Positions 29,361 through 39,927 of a DNA stretch of 64,000 nt are shown here, in pieces. Position numbers and translations under genes: made by a program. Source of the DNA: a bacterium (GTDB taxonomy: Bacteria > Bacillota > Clostridia > Lachnospirales > Lachnospiraceae); the NCBI GenBank assembly GCA_004562765.1, contig SFRL01000033.1:5052-69051 (forward strand), given 5' to 3'. The notes beneath the pieces were generated by a model, which was given only the letters and a program-made list of their open reading frames with translations, had not been told where the DNA came from and searched no databases. How positions within the stretch are numbered: position 1 is the stretch's first letter; every line of letters starts with the position of its first letter.

Positions 29361-30734
29361 ATGGATTACCATGAAATGATGGAACTGGGCGATGAGCTGG
29401 ATCAGCAGTTTGACGAACTGGTGAAAAACTGTATGATCTCCGGTGCGATCGATCAGGGACTTTACCAGAAATATGATGTAAAGAGAGGGCTTCGTGACTC
29501 GAACGGAAAGGGTGTTCTGACCGGACTGACGGAGATCTCAGATGTGTTGGCGACGCGCGTGGATGAAGATGGTGTCAGCCATCCGATCGACGGTGAGCTC
29601 TATTTCCAGGGAATCAATGTCGTTGATCTGATCGGTGGCAATGCGAAGAAACGGTTTATGTTTGAAGAGGCGACGTATCTGTTGCTCTTTGGCAAGCTGC
29701 CGAAAGAGGAGGAACTGGAGAGTTTTATTCAGATCCTGGGCAGTCTGCGGGAGCTTTCCAGTGAGTTTGTGCGCGATGTCATCATGAAAGCGCCGCCGGC
29801 GAATCTGATGAATGCGCTGCAGAAATGTATCGTGTTGCTGTATTCGTATGATTCTGATCCGGATAACATATCGGTGGACAATGTGCTGCGCCAGTCGTTG
29901 CAGTTGATCGCAAAGATGCCGCTCATGGCAGTTTATTCCTATTATGCGTACCGCCATTTCCGTCTGGAAAAAACGCTGCTTGTGCGTCCGCCCAAAAAAG
30001 ATCTGTCCACAGCAGAAAATATTTTGTACATGCTTCGAAAGGATGGTAATTATACCGATCTGGAGGCGCGGGTTCTCGATGTGGCACTGGTGCTTCACGC
30101 AGAGCATGGTGGTGGTAACAATTCCACCTTTACCAATCACGTGGTCACGTCCTCCGGTACGGATACATATTCTGCAGTGGCGGCTTCTATGTCTTCGCTG
30201 AAGGGACCGAAGCATGGTGGCGCGAACCTGAAGGTCATGCAGATGTTCGAGGATCTGCGCGCGAATTGCAACACATCAGACGAGGATTCGCTGACCGAAT
30301 ATCTGACTGCGATCCTTGATAAAAAGGCGTTTGACGGTGCAGGTCTGATCTACGGTATGGGACATGCGGTCTATACGGATTCCGACCCGAGAGAGGTCAT
30401 GCTGAAAAAATACGCAAAGCTCTTGTCACAGGCAAAGGGCATGGAGCGCGAGTTCGAGCTGTATGATACGGTGGAGCGTATTTCCGCAAACCTGATCGCC
30501 CAGCGTAGACATCTGTTCAAACCGATCTGCGCGAACGTGGATTTTTACAGCGGATTTGTATATACGATGCTCGGCATACCGACGGAGCTGTTTACACCGA
30601 TCTTCGCGATCGCCCGTATCTCCGGCTGGAGTGCACACCGTCTGGAAGAGCTGGTAAACAAAGGAAAGATCATCCGTCCCGCATATCGTTACGTGGGCGA
30701 ACACAGAGGCTATGCGCCTGTAGAGGACAGGTAA
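29361..30734 (+). CDS. gltA: Citrate synthase (citrate/2-methylcitrate synthase family)
   Basis: KRGLR, LHAEHGGGNNSTF, GPKHGGAN, YGMGHAVY..SDPR, ANVDFYSG, RISGWSAH. Confidence 0.92.
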   Translation: MDYHEMMELGDELDQQFDELVKNCMISGAIDQGLYQKYDVKRGLRDSNGKGVLTGLTEISDVLATRVDEDGVSHPIDGELYFQGINVVDLIGGNAKKRFMFEEATYLLLFGKLPKEEELESFIQILGSLRELSSEFVRDVIMKAPPANLMNALQKCIVLLYSYDSDPDNISVDNVLRQSLQLIAKMPLMAVYSYYAYRHFRLEKTLLVRPPKKDLSTAENILYMLRKDGNYTDLEARVLDVALVLHAEHGGGNNSTFTNHVVTSSGTDTYSAVAASMSSLKGPKHGGANLKVMQMFEDLRANCNTSDEDSLTEYLTAILDKKAFDGAGLIYGMGHAVYTDSDPREVMLKKYAKLLSQAKGMEREFELYDTVERISANLIAQRRHLFKPICANVDFYSGFVYTMLGIPTELFTPIFAIARISGWSAHRLEELVNKGKIIRPAYRYVGEHRGYAPVEDR

Positions 30735-30797
30735 AATAACAGAATGAAAATCTGTTAAATGAATAGCATTTATATCGTAAAAGAATAAGAAGAAATG

Positions 30798-30965
30798 TGA
30801 CAGCACAAATACCCTGGTAGGATATTTATGCGACCGGTACACGCGGAAATAACATGGTTATTTCTATACCACGGCAGCAGAGAACATCTGTTTTTGATGG
30901 TTCTCTGTGCCGCCTCGCGTGATTCCCGGGAAGCATAACGATCCTACCAGGGTATTGTGCTGTCA
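30798..30965. repeat. 168-bp fold-back element (REP/MITE-like)
   Basis: TGACAGCACAAATACCCTGGTAGGAT pairs with ATCCTACCAGGGTATTGTGCTGTCA and encloses two inner hairpins. Confidence 0.8.
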
Positions 30966-30979
30966 GAGTATATTTTTTA

Positions 30980-31032
30980 TATATAACAGTATAAAACAGT
31001 TGACGACAGTTATAATCTGTTATATACTGTTA
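30980..31032 (+). promoter_or_regulatory. Promoter and probable YtrA-type operator
   Basis: TTGACG (31000)-17 bp-TATACT; inverted TATATAACAG/CTGTTATATA and repeated ACAGT units overlap it. Confidence 0.6.
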
Positions 31033-31051
31033 ACTGAGGGAGGAACTCAAT

Positions 31052-31423
31052 ATGCATATTATCATCAATCATTCATCCATGACTCCTATTTACGAGCAGG
31101 TCATGGACCAGATCAAGACGTTGATCGTACATGGTGAACTGACGGCGGACACTTGCCTTCCCTCTGTGCGTGCACTGTCAGCAGAACTGAAGATCAGTGC
31201 ACTGACAGTAAAAAAAGCCTATGACAATCTGGAAGCAGAGGGCTTTGTCGTCACGGTACACGGAAAAGGCACATTTGTATCAGCCGCCAATCAGCAGTTT
31301 TTGAAGGAAGAACAGAAAAAAGAGGTGGAACAGGATCTGGAATCCGCGATCGAAAAAGGGCGTAGATGCGGTCTTTCCGATGAGGAGATCCGGGAACTGT
31401 TTGATCTGATTATGGAGGAGTAA
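31052..31423 (+). CDS. GntR-family (YtrA subfamily) regulator
   Basis: PIYEQ, LPSVRALS, TVKKAY..LE.EG, GKGTFV; short C-terminus. Confidence 0.93.
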   Translation: MHIIINHSSMTPIYEQVMDQIKTLIVHGELTADTCLPSVRALSAELKISALTVKKAYDNLEAEGFVVTVHGKGTFVSAANQQFLKEEQKKEVEQDLESAIEKGRRCGLSDEEIRELFDLIMEE

Positions 31424-31425
31424 CA

Positions 31426-32274
31426 ATGCTGAACATCGATCATGTAGTAAAAAATTACAGTGACTTCCGGCTGGATGTCACAATGGAAGTAAAACCCGGC
31501 TGCATCACCGGACTCGTCGGACGAAACGGAGCGGGAAAGAGCACGACATTTAAGGCGATCCTGGATCTTGTCTGCCCGGAAAGCGGCAGTGTACAGGTGT
31601 TTGGAACAGACAGCAGGCATCTGGGCGCAAAGGAGCGGGAAGAACTGGGCGTGGTTCTGGCGGACTCCGGTTTTAGTGAGTATTTGACAGTCAGGGACAT
31701 CGACAGTATTTTAAAGACGATGTATCGAAAATACGACAGCGAATATTTTCTTGAGCAGTGTGCACGGCTGGGGCTGTCCACAGATAAAAAGGTGAAGGAA
31801 TTCTCCACCGGAATGAAGGCAAAGCTGAAGGTTCTGGTGGCGCTTAGCCATGACGCAAAACTGCTCATCTTGGATGAGCCGACCGTCGGACTGGATGTGG
31901 CGATGCGGGAGGAACTGCTGGATCTGCTGCGGGATTATATGAAGGCAGATGAGGATCGGTCAATCCTGATCAGTTCACATATCGCGACGGATCTGGAGGG
32001 ATTGTGCGATGACATCTATATGATCAATAACGGTTCTATCGTACTGCACGAGGAGACAGATGTGCTGTTGTCCTCCTATGCAGTACTGAAGATGGATGCC
32101 GCGCAGTATGAGAAGATCGACAAAAAATACATTTTACAGACGAAGAAGGAAGCCTTTGGCTACAGCTGCCTGACGAATCAGAAGCATTTTTATGCAGAAA
32201 ATTATCCGCAGCTCGTTGTGGAGCAGAGCGGCATCGATGATCTGATCTTGTTTATGATAGGAGGGGAAGCATAA
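31426..32274 (+). CDS. ABC transporter ATP-binding protein
   Basis: GRNGAGKST, FSTGM, LILDEPT, SSH. Confidence 0.95.
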   Translation: MLNIDHVVKNYSDFRLDVTMEVKPGCITGLVGRNGAGKSTTFKAILDLVCPESGSVQVFGTDSRHLGAKEREELGVVLADSGFSEYLTVRDIDSILKTMYRKYDSEYFLEQCARLGLSTDKKVKEFSTGMKAKLKVLVALSHDAKLLILDEPTVGLDVAMREELLDLLRDYMKADEDRSILISSHIATDLEGLCDDIYMINNGSIVLHEETDVLLSSYAVLKMDAAQYEKIDKKYILQTKKEAFGYSCLTNQKHFYAENYPQLVVEQSGIDDLILFMIGGEA

Positions 32275-32924
32275 TGCGTGGATTGTTGGAAAAAGATTTC
32301 AGACTGTTAAAGGGACAGAAAAATTTCTTTCTGCTCATTCTGGTCATAACGGTTCTTTTGAGTTTGAATTCAGAGAATAACTTTGCAGTGACATACCTGA
32401 CGTTTATCGCCGGTTTTCTGACGATCAGTTCTTTTGGCTATGATGACAACGGAAACTGCATGCCGTTTTTGATGACGCTTCCGGTGAGCAGAATGCTGTA
32501 TGTAAAGTCCAAGTATCTGCTTGGTTTCCTGTTAACGTTCATCGGATGGCTGGCAGGAATGGTGATCAGCGTGATCACTGCGCTATTGCACAAAGCACCG
32601 CCGACAGCGGACGCAGTGCTGTTTCAACTTGCGTGGGTATTTTTGTGGATGATCATGTTGTCCTTTGTGCTTCCGATGTTATTTAAGTTCGGAGCAGAGA
32701 AGGGAAGAATGGCAACACTTGCCATGATGCTTGTTTTTATGGCTATTGTTTTTGCATTTACGAAGCTGGCGGAAGGAATGGGCATGGATATGGATGCATG
32801 TCTGAATGCGCTGGCCGGTCAGCAGATCATTGTTTTAGTTGTCGGATTGGCGGTTGTCGCACTTATTTTAGTCTTGATTTCTTATTTTATTTCTGTAAAA
32901 ATAGTACAGAAAAAGGAATACTAA
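32274..32924 (+). CDS. ABC-2 type permease
   Basis: MRGLLEKD, LMTLPVSR..YV.SKY; about six TM helices. Confidence 0.88.
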   Translation: MRGLLEKDFRLLKGQKNFFLLILVITVLLSLNSENNFAVTYLTFIAGFLTISSFGYDDNGNCMPFLMTLPVSRMLYVKSKYLLGFLLTFIGWLAGMVISVITALLHKAPPTADAVLFQLAWVFLWMIMLSFVLPMLFKFGAEKGRMATLAMMLVFMAIVFAFTKLAEGMGMDMDACLNALAGQQIIVLVVGLAVVALILVLISYFISVKIVQKKEY

Positions 32925-32951
32925 GGTGTATGTGACACACGATCGGAGGAA

Positions 32952-33326
32952 ATGAACTTGAAAAAGATCTTGTTTTATCAGATCAAGGGCGAAAAGAGAA
33001 AACAATTAAAGAAGGTCTGCACAGATCTGTCAATCGAAATAGTGGTTGTCTCTCCGGCAGAATACGGAGAACCTGTCGGTGCGCTGGCAGGTTTTCCGGG
33101 TATGAGAAAGCAGGGAAGAGGATGTACAGGAGCCGGTGTGACCGGGGAGATGCTGGTGTTTGCCGGAATGAATGATGAGGCGTTGGATGAATTTCTGAAT
33201 GCCTGCAAAGCTGAGGCAATCGTGCCGATCGCGTGTAAGGCGATCCTCACACCGCACAACGCCGGATGGAGCGGTGAGCGACTTTACACGGAGCTTGTGA
33301 AGGAACATCAGACTATGCATGGGTGA
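32952..33326 (+). CDS. DUF3783-like conserved protein
   Basis: EMLVF...LDEFL...KAILTPHN..W...L..EL.KEH. Confidence 0.7.
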   Translation: MNLKKILFYQIKGEKRKQLKKVCTDLSIEIVVVSPAEYGEPVGALAGFPGMRKQGRGCTGAGVTGEMLVFAGMNDEALDEFLNACKAEAIVPIACKAILTPHNAGWSGERLYTELVKEHQTMHG

Positions 33327-33403
33327 TAGATCCGGCATTATCTGGGAAGACGGATCTAAAATTTACAGTAGCAATCCATGATCTTCCGTGGTAGACTATA
33401 CGC

Positions 33404-34039
33404 ATGGACATGAACATTCTGGGATTTTATGCAAATACGAAAATGCTGGAGCAGGAGGAAATGTTCCGGCATTTTTTGTGCAGTTTATCAAAAGAGCGGC
33501 AACAGAAAATTGAGGCAATGAAGGCAGAGTGCGGCAGGCGCAGTTCACTGGGCGCGTGGGCACTGCTGGATTACGGTTTACAGCAGTTGTATGGCTTGCG
33601 CGAGCGGGAGATCACCATTGCATACGGTGCACACGGAAAGCCTTATGTGAAAGACAGGCCGGATATCCATTTTAACCTTTCTCATTCCGGAGACTATGTG
33701 CTGGCAGCCTTTGCGCCGGTGGAGATCGGCTGCGACATACAACAGACCACGCAGGGAACGAGAAATGAGCGGATCGCAGTGCGCTTTTTCACGGAAGAGG
33801 AGCAGCAGGCTCTCGTGGCGGGTATGGATTTTTACCGCATCTGGGCGCGCAAGGAGAGCTATATCAAATGTACAGGCGAGGGTATGGTGTGCGATCTGCG
33901 GTCGTTTTCGGTGGTAGAGGAAAAAAGGGCGCACTTTGCAGAGCATACCCTGCCGGGCTATGCCATGGCAGTCTGCTTTGAAAATGCGGTGCATCCGGTT
34001 GTTTGGAAAGAAGTAGTTTTAGAGGAATTAAAGAGGTAA
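33404..34039 (+). CDS. 4'-phosphopantetheinyl transferase (Sfp type)
   Basis: GKP, FNLSHSG, IGCDIQ, WARKESYIK..GEG. Confidence 0.92.
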   Translation: MDMNILGFYANTKMLEQEEMFRHFLCSLSKERQQKIEAMKAECGRRSSLGAWALLDYGLQQLYGLREREITIAYGAHGKPYVKDRPDIHFNLSHSGDYVLAAFAPVEIGCDIQQTTQGTRNERIAVRFFTEEEQQALVAGMDFYRIWARKESYIKCTGEGMVCDLRSFSVVEEKRAHFAEHTLPGYAMAVCFENAVHPVVWKEVVLEELKR

Positions 34040-34045
34040 AAAGCA

Positions 34046-34531
34046 ATGGCAAAACAAAAGGAAGTAAAGACAAATGCGATGCGTATCTTAGAGCGGATGA
34101 AGATCCCGTTTACGCATCTGACCTATGAGTGCAAGGAGTTTGAGGACGGCATCCAGATCGCGGACATGCTGGGGCTGCCCCATGAAAAAGTATACAAGAC
34201 ACTTGTGACCGTGGGAGCCAGCAAGAATTATTTTGTGTTCGTTATCCCCATCGAGGCGGAGCTGGATCTGAAGGCGGCGGCGCGTTCCGTTGGAGAAAAA
34301 TCCGTGGCAATGATCCACGTCAAGGAGATCAACCAGATCACAGGCTATATCCGCGGGGGCTGTACAGCCATCGGCATGAAAAAGCAGTATGTGACCCGGG
34401 TGGATGCATCGGCTGAGGCGCTGAAGGCGATCATCGTCAGCGGCGGCAGGATCGGATCCCAGATCGAACTGGCTCCGGCGGACTTACTGCGGGCGGCAGA
34501 CGCGGAGTATGCGGATATCACGATGAAGTAG
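34046..34531 (+). CDS. ybaK: Cys-tRNA(Pro) deacylase
   Basis: KTNAMRIL, VYKTLV, TGYIRGGCT.IGMKK, SGG.IG.Q. Confidence 0.93.
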   Translation: MAKQKEVKTNAMRILERMKIPFTHLTYECKEFEDGIQIADMLGLPHEKVYKTLVTVGASKNYFVFVIPIEAELDLKAAARSVGEKSVAMIHVKEINQITGYIRGGCTAIGMKKQYVTRVDASAEALKAIIVSGGRIGSQIELAPADLLRAADAEYADITMK

Positions 34532-34532
34532 A

Positions 34533-34567
34533 GCAAAAAAAGAACACCGTTGAGGTGTTCTTTTTGC
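34533..34567. terminator. Bidirectional terminator
   Basis: AAAAAGAACACC-gttga-GGTGTTCTTTTT between convergent genes. Confidence 0.8.
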
Positions 34568-34579
34568 ATGTATAAATAT

Positions 34580-35287
34580 TTACCACTGTACATCCTTGTA
34601 TTTTCTGCGAAGCCGTCTGGTCTCCCTGTAATTGCGAAAGCGCTCCATGGCATTTTCGGGAGCCTTGCCGTAGGCGATGGGGTAGAGCACCAGTGCCATC
34701 AGCAGTGCGGTCATCACGTCGAAGACGGAGTGTTGTTTGATGAATACGGTTGCTAAGATGATACTGCACATCAGGGTGAAGGAACCGTATTTGACCAGCT
34801 TGTTGTCGCGGAGATTCTCGCTTCGGGTCAGCGCGATATGTGCGCCGATGGAATTGAACACGTGAATGCTCGGAAACAGATTGGTCGCCGTATCCGTTGA
34901 CCACAGCCAGCGCACGATCTGATCAAAAATGCCGCTGCCGAGTGTGACGCCATAGCGCATGTAGTGTCCGTTCGGGTACACCGTGGATACAATGAGAAAG
35001 ATGGTCATACCTGTAAACAGGAAGGCACATGAGCGCAGATATTCCTGCTGGTCATGCAGATAGGTATAGCAAAATGCGACTGCTACATACCCGAACCACA
35101 AGAAGTACGGGATACAGAAAGCGGAAACAAACGGGATCGCGTCATCCAGTTCCATATGTATCACATGGAAATGTTTGGTCACGTGATTTTCCAGGTAGGC
35201 AAACCAGGGCAGATAGATGAGCCAGTATGCCTGCAGTAAAAGGTAACGGTTTTTATAAATGAAATCTTTTAAATTGTGTGTTCTCAT
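34580..35287 (-). CDS. PAP2-superfamily membrane phosphoesterase
   Basis: D..TNLFPSIHV, TVFIKQHSVFDV; multi-TM; RBS GAGGA before ATG 35287. Confidence 0.85.
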   Translation of the reverse strand: MRTHNLKDFIYKNRYLLLQAYWLIYLPWFAYLENHVTKHFHVIHMELDDAIPFVSAFCIPYFLWFGYVAVAFCYTYLHDQQEYLRSCAFLFTGMTIFLIVSTVYPNGHYMRYGVTLGSGIFDQIVRWLWSTDTATNLFPSIHVFNSIGAHIALTRSENLRDNKLVKYGSFTLMCSIILATVFIKQHSVFDVMTALLMALVLYPIAYGKAPENAMERFRNYRETRRLRRKYKDVQW

Positions 35288-35599
35288 GACTGATATTCCT
35301 CGTGTTTTGAATCTGGAACAATCCCTTGAACTGTCTGAAGTCCCGGACATTTGAAATTTCCAACAATATTGATATATTAGCACATGCGTTTTTTGAAAAC
35401 AATAAATCCACCCCAAAAAATAGCAACAAAAATAAACCCGGTACCGAAGTATTATATGGTCAAAATTGATAATTCATGTGCCTACAGATACTATAACGGG
35501 TAAAAAAACAACTTGTCTTCAAATACATACAAGTCGTAGGATAAAGAAAATGAGATTGAAAGTTGCATGTGCCCAAAAAGAAAGATCAGGAGAAGACAT

Positions 35600-37162
35600 A
35601 TGCAAACAAAAAAATGGAAGAAAACGTATATGACGGTGTTGCCGCTGCTGGCAGCAACGCTGATTTTTACATCCTGTGGCACGAGTGAGCCGCAGGAGAT
35701 CGCACTGGAAAAGACACCGGGCGCAAACCCGATGGTGGGAGACAGTGACACGGGAGATTATATTTACGGCGGAGATCCGTCGGTGTTGGTAGACGGAGAT
35801 ACGGTCTATCTGTATACCGGACATGATGCGTCCACGGATGAGCAGGTGGAGAAGGCAATCTACATGATCCCGGAATACCTGTGCTATTCGTCTACAGATC
35901 TCATCAACTGGAAACCGGAAGGAACGGTGATGACGATGGATACCGTGGAGTGGGCGAAGGATGACACGGCGGCATGGGCAAGTCAGGTGGAAAAGTACGG
36001 GGATCACTATTACCTGTATTACTGCAGCTGGGATAAGACCGGTAAGCAGTCCATCGGCGTGGCAGTGTCAGACAGCCCCACCGGAACTTTTACGGATATT
36101 GGCGAACCGTTGGTGCGCGGTTCGGTCACAAAGCCCCAACTGTCCACCTTCAACGACATCGATCCCACCGTCTGGGTGGAGACGGATGAAAGCGGAGAGG
36201 AACACCGTTATCTGGCGTGGGGAAATGGCATGTTTTTCGTCTGTGAGCTGAATGAGGACATGATTTCCGTGAAGGACATGAACGGAGATGGCAAGATCAC
36301 CAGCGGCACTTCCTTCGAAGATGCGGACATCATGTATCAGCAGAAGGGTCTGGAAAACTACACGGAAGCGCCGTGGCTCTACCGCAGATCGGATGAAAAC
36401 GGCGATCATTACGGCGACTATTATCTGTTCTATGCCCACGGCTGGCGGGAGTCTATGGCATATGCGACCACGGATGACCTGACGGGCGGGGAGTGGAAGT
36501 TTGGAAACGTGATCATGTATCCGACCTCCACCTCTAACACGAATCACATGGCAGTATTTGATTTTAAAGGAAAGACGTATTTTGTATATCACAACGGCTC
36601 ATTGCCCGGCGGCAACGGTTATCGCCGGAGCGCCTGCATTACGGAACTGAATTTTAACGAGGACGGCAGCATTGATTGTTTCGAGGAGACTTCAGCGGGA
36701 CTTTCCGGTACCGTGACGGAACTGGCTCTGGCGGACGGTACACGGATCGAGCACGAGGGCTTTGTCAACTCGCCTGCAGACACGGACTATCCGATGCGCA
36801 AAGTGGCGCTGGGAAGCGGCATCGGCGATCTTCCGACGGACGGTCAATGGGTGCTGATGAAGGGAAAGGCGGATCCGGCGAAGGAGGCATATGTCTCTAT
36901 TCAGTCCGAGAATAAGTCCGGATTGTATCTGACTGCGAAAAAGGATGGTTCGGTTGTCCTTTCGCAGGACATTGACGGCTCTGAGTCCTTTGCGACGGCA
37001 CAGACCTTCCGCAGCATGACCGGACTTGGCGATAAAGAAGGTGTGTCCTTTGAGAGTGTCAAATTTCCGGGACAGTATCTCACGCTGAAGGACGGGGCGC
37101 TTACGTTGACCGAAGGAGCGGATGCAGACAGCTGCACTTTTTTTCCGGATCAGGCACGATGA
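35600..37162 (+). CDS. GH43 glycoside hydrolase lipoprotein with AbfB/CBM42-like C-terminal module
   Basis: Lipobox-like FTSC; GGDPS, WASQ, IDP, EAPW, TNH; C-terminal GL....VSFES..FPG.YL. Confidence 0.85.
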   Translation: MQTKKWKKTYMTVLPLLAATLIFTSCGTSEPQEIALEKTPGANPMVGDSDTGDYIYGGDPSVLVDGDTVYLYTGHDASTDEQVEKAIYMIPEYLCYSSTDLINWKPEGTVMTMDTVEWAKDDTAAWASQVEKYGDHYYLYYCSWDKTGKQSIGVAVSDSPTGTFTDIGEPLVRGSVTKPQLSTFNDIDPTVWVETDESGEEHRYLAWGNGMFFVCELNEDMISVKDMNGDGKITSGTSFEDADIMYQQKGLENYTEAPWLYRRSDENGDHYGDYYLFYAHGWRESMAYATTDDLTGGEWKFGNVIMYPTSTSNTNHMAVFDFKGKTYFVYHNGSLPGGNGYRRSACITELNFNEDGSIDCFEETSAGLSGTVTELALADGTRIEHEGFVNSPADTDYPMRKVALGSGIGDLPTDGQWVLMKGKADPAKEAYVSIQSENKSGLYLTAKKDGSVVLSQDIDGSESFATAQTFRSMTGLGDKEGVSFESVKFPGQYLTLKDGALTLTEGADADSCTFFPDQAR

Positions 37163-37192
37163 GAGTATCAAACAGCTAAATTTTGATAAATA

Positions 37193-37253
37193 GTAAAATA
37201 TTTTAATAATATGTAAAATAAATATTGTATTACCTCCTGTTATCTGATACAAT
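37193..37253 (+). promoter_or_regulatory. Promoter with tandem TAAAATA boxes
   Basis: TAAAATA-N13-TAAAATA-N4-TTGTAT-17 bp-TACAAT. Confidence 0.55.
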
Positions 37254-37305
37254 GAGTGCAAGTATTGCTGGGCGAAATCAAAATCAAATAACAGGAGGCT
37301 TTTTA

Positions 37306-38934
37306 ATGAAAACGAGTAATGGCGGGAAAAGACTGATTTCCTGTGCATTGACGGCTGCAATGGCAGCAGGGCTTTTGGCGGGCTGTGGCAATGCTGTGCC
37401 GGATGATGGGCAGGATTCGAAAAATGCAACAGAGAACGAGGAAACAGAAGCTGCAGCTGAGACATCACAGGCACCGGAGTACAAATTTAAGATGACCTAT
37501 GACGGGATCGCCACCGGAGATGTATCTTCCGGCGTATCCGTACATGACCCTTCCATCGTGAAGGATGGTGACACCTATTATATATTCGGTTCACATATGT
37601 CAGCGGCAAAGTGTGATGACCTGATGAGCTGGGAGAAGGTGGCTGATGGATATACGACCAGTAATCCGGTTTATGGACAGATCTATGACGTAAAGGAGAA
37701 AGCCTTCGCTTATTCCGGAGACAAGACCAGTCTGATCCAGACGGATGACAAGCAGACACATGTGTGGGCCCCGGATGTGATCTATAACAAGGCGAACGGT
37801 CTTTATTATATGTATTACTGCACGACCTCCACATGGAATGCATCAAATCTGTGTTACGGCACTTCTGAGACGATCGAGGGCCCTTATGAGTGGCAGGGCG
37901 CGCTGATCTATTCGGGCTTTGACAAGGAGACGATCAAAGCAACGGATGTGCTCGACTATGTGGACGAGGAATATGCACTGAAACATTATGTGAGAAACAA
38001 CGGATACAATGTGGATGAGTACCCGAATGCCATCGATCCCAGTGTTTTCTATGATGAGGACGGCAGAATGTGGATGGTATACGGTTCCTGGAGCGGTGGT
38101 ATTTATCTGCTGGAGCTTGATCCGCAGACGGGACTGGTCATTCATCCCGAGGCAGATCCGGACAACAACGTGGATGCCTATTACGGCAAACGGCTGTTGG
38201 GCGGCGGACACAAATCCATCGAGGGACCGTACATATTGTATGATGAAAAAGACGGCTACTATTACCTGTTTGTATCCTATGGCGTGCTGACCAGCGCAGG
38301 TGGCTATCAGGTGCGCGTGTTCCGTTCGGAGACCGTGGACGGAGATTATGTGGATATGAACGGTGCATATCCCACCATCAAGGATGACCACCAACTGTTC
38401 GGATTAAAGCTGACCGGAAATTATAAACTGCCTTCTCTGGACAAGGCATATATGGCAACGGGACACAACTCCGCGCTGATCGATGACGACGGAAAGATGT
38501 ATCTCGTTTATCATACCCGTTTTAACGACGGCGGCGAGGGACATTCACCACGTGTACACCAGATGATCGTCAACGAGGACGGTTGGCCCTGCGAGCTGCC
38601 TTATCAGACACAGGGAGAGACGGTCAGTGAAAACGGCTATGAACAGTCTGAGATCGTGGGCAGATATTTTGTGACAAATCAGGGTACAGATATCAGCAGT
38701 GAGATCGCAAATCCGGTGATCCTGTATCTGAATGCGGACGGTACGGTTGTCGGCAGAGATTCGGAGGGAACATGGGAGGCAAAGGACGGCACTTATTATA
38801 TGAATATTACCATTGACGGAGAGGAGTATAAGGGTGTGTTCTGCCAGATGAAGGACGAGGCAGGCACGGATGTGATGACCTTCTCTGCGGTTGGTTCCAA
38901 CAAGAGTGTATGGGGAGTAAGCTATGGACAATAA
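37306..38934 (+). CDS. GH43 endo-arabinanase-like lipoprotein
   Basis: Lipobox LAGC; VSVHDPSI, WAPDV, NAIDP, YGSWSGG, EGPYI, GHNS, HTRF. Confidence 0.88.
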   Translation: MKTSNGGKRLISCALTAAMAAGLLAGCGNAVPDDGQDSKNATENEETEAAAETSQAPEYKFKMTYDGIATGDVSSGVSVHDPSIVKDGDTYYIFGSHMSAAKCDDLMSWEKVADGYTTSNPVYGQIYDVKEKAFAYSGDKTSLIQTDDKQTHVWAPDVIYNKANGLYYMYYCTTSTWNASNLCYGTSETIEGPYEWQGALIYSGFDKETIKATDVLDYVDEEYALKHYVRNNGYNVDEYPNAIDPSVFYDEDGRMWMVYGSWSGGIYLLELDPQTGLVIHPEADPDNNVDAYYGKRLLGGGHKSIEGPYILYDEKDGYYYLFVSYGVLTSAGGYQVRVFRSETVDGDYVDMNGAYPTIKDDHQLFGLKLTGNYKLPSLDKAYMATGHNSALIDDDGKMYLVYHTRFNDGGEGHSPRVHQMIVNEDGWPCELPYQTQGETVSENGYEQSEIVGRYFVTNQGTDISSEIANPVILYLNADGTVVGRDSEGTWEAKDGTYYMNITIDGEEYKGVFCQMKDEAGTDVMTFSAVGSNKSVWGVSYGQ

Positions 38935-39871
38935 ACTCACATTTAATAAACCGTGGATCCTGCAGCGTGCGGATCCCTATGTATACAGACATACAGACGG
39001 CACTTACTATTTTACGGCTTCCGTGCCGGAATATGACCGGATCGTTCTGCGCAGCAGTGACTCTTTGGCTGGACTTGCCGATGCGCAGGAGCTGGAGGTA
39101 TGGCACAAGCATGAAAGCGGTCCCCAGAGCCTGCATATCTGGGCTCCGGAACTGCATTATCTGTTTGGAAAATGGTATATTTATTATGCGGGCGGAGACA
39201 AGGATGACATCTGGGCGCTCCGCCCGTATGTGCTGGAGTGTCAGGGACAGGATCCGATGCGTGATCCGTGGATCGAAAAGGGAAAAATGACGCGTGCAGA
39301 GGATGACGAGTTTTCCTTCGAGGCGTTTTCGTTAGATGGAACTGTCTTTGAGGTAAATGGTATCTGGTATTACATCTGGGCGGAGAAGGTGGGCGTTGGC
39401 AGGCAGATCTCCAATCTGTATATCGCCCGCATGAAAAACGGTTATACACTGGACACGGTACAGGTGATGCTGACCACGCCCGACTATGACTGGGAGCGTT
39501 ATGGCTTCTGGGTAAACGAAGGACCGGCAGTTATTCAACGGAACGGAAAGGTGTTCGTGACCTATTCGGCAAGTGATACCGGCATCCATTACTGCATGGG
39601 AATGCTGACCGCGGATGCGGACAGTGACCTGCTGGACCCGTTGTCATGGAAAAAGGAGCGCTATCCGGTGCTTTGCACCAGTGAAGAACACGTTGTCTAC
39701 GGACCCGGACACAATTCTTTTACAACAGATGAGAATGGTGATGACATTCTGGTCTATCATGCCAGAACGGAAGCGGAGATCGTTGGAAATCCGCTGTATA
39801 ATCCCAACCGCCATGCGATGCTCATGAAGTTTGACTGGAAAGACGGCAGACCGGTATTTCCCTTTGACTAG
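38924..39871 (+). CDS. GH43 alpha-L-arabinofuranosidase-like, cytoplasmic
   Basis: QRADPYV, WAPELH, FSLD, VNEGP, GPGHNSF, YHAR. Confidence 0.9.
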   Translation: MDNKLTFNKPWILQRADPYVYRHTDGTYYFTASVPEYDRIVLRSSDSLAGLADAQELEVWHKHESGPQSLHIWAPELHYLFGKWYIYYAGGDKDDIWALRPYVLECQGQDPMRDPWIEKGKMTRAEDDEFSFEAFSLDGTVFEVNGIWYYIWAEKVGVGRQISNLYIARMKNGYTLDTVQVMLTTPDYDWERYGFWVNEGPAVIQRNGKVFVTYSASDTGIHYCMGMLTADADSDLLDPLSWKKERYPVLCTSEEHVVYGPGHNSFTTDENGDDILVYHARTEAEIVGNPLYNPNRHAMLMKFDWKDGRPVFPFD

Positions 39872-39927
39872 AACACAGGATCAGTGGGCAACGTGCCATG
39901 AAATGATGACAGAAAGCAGAAACTGAG

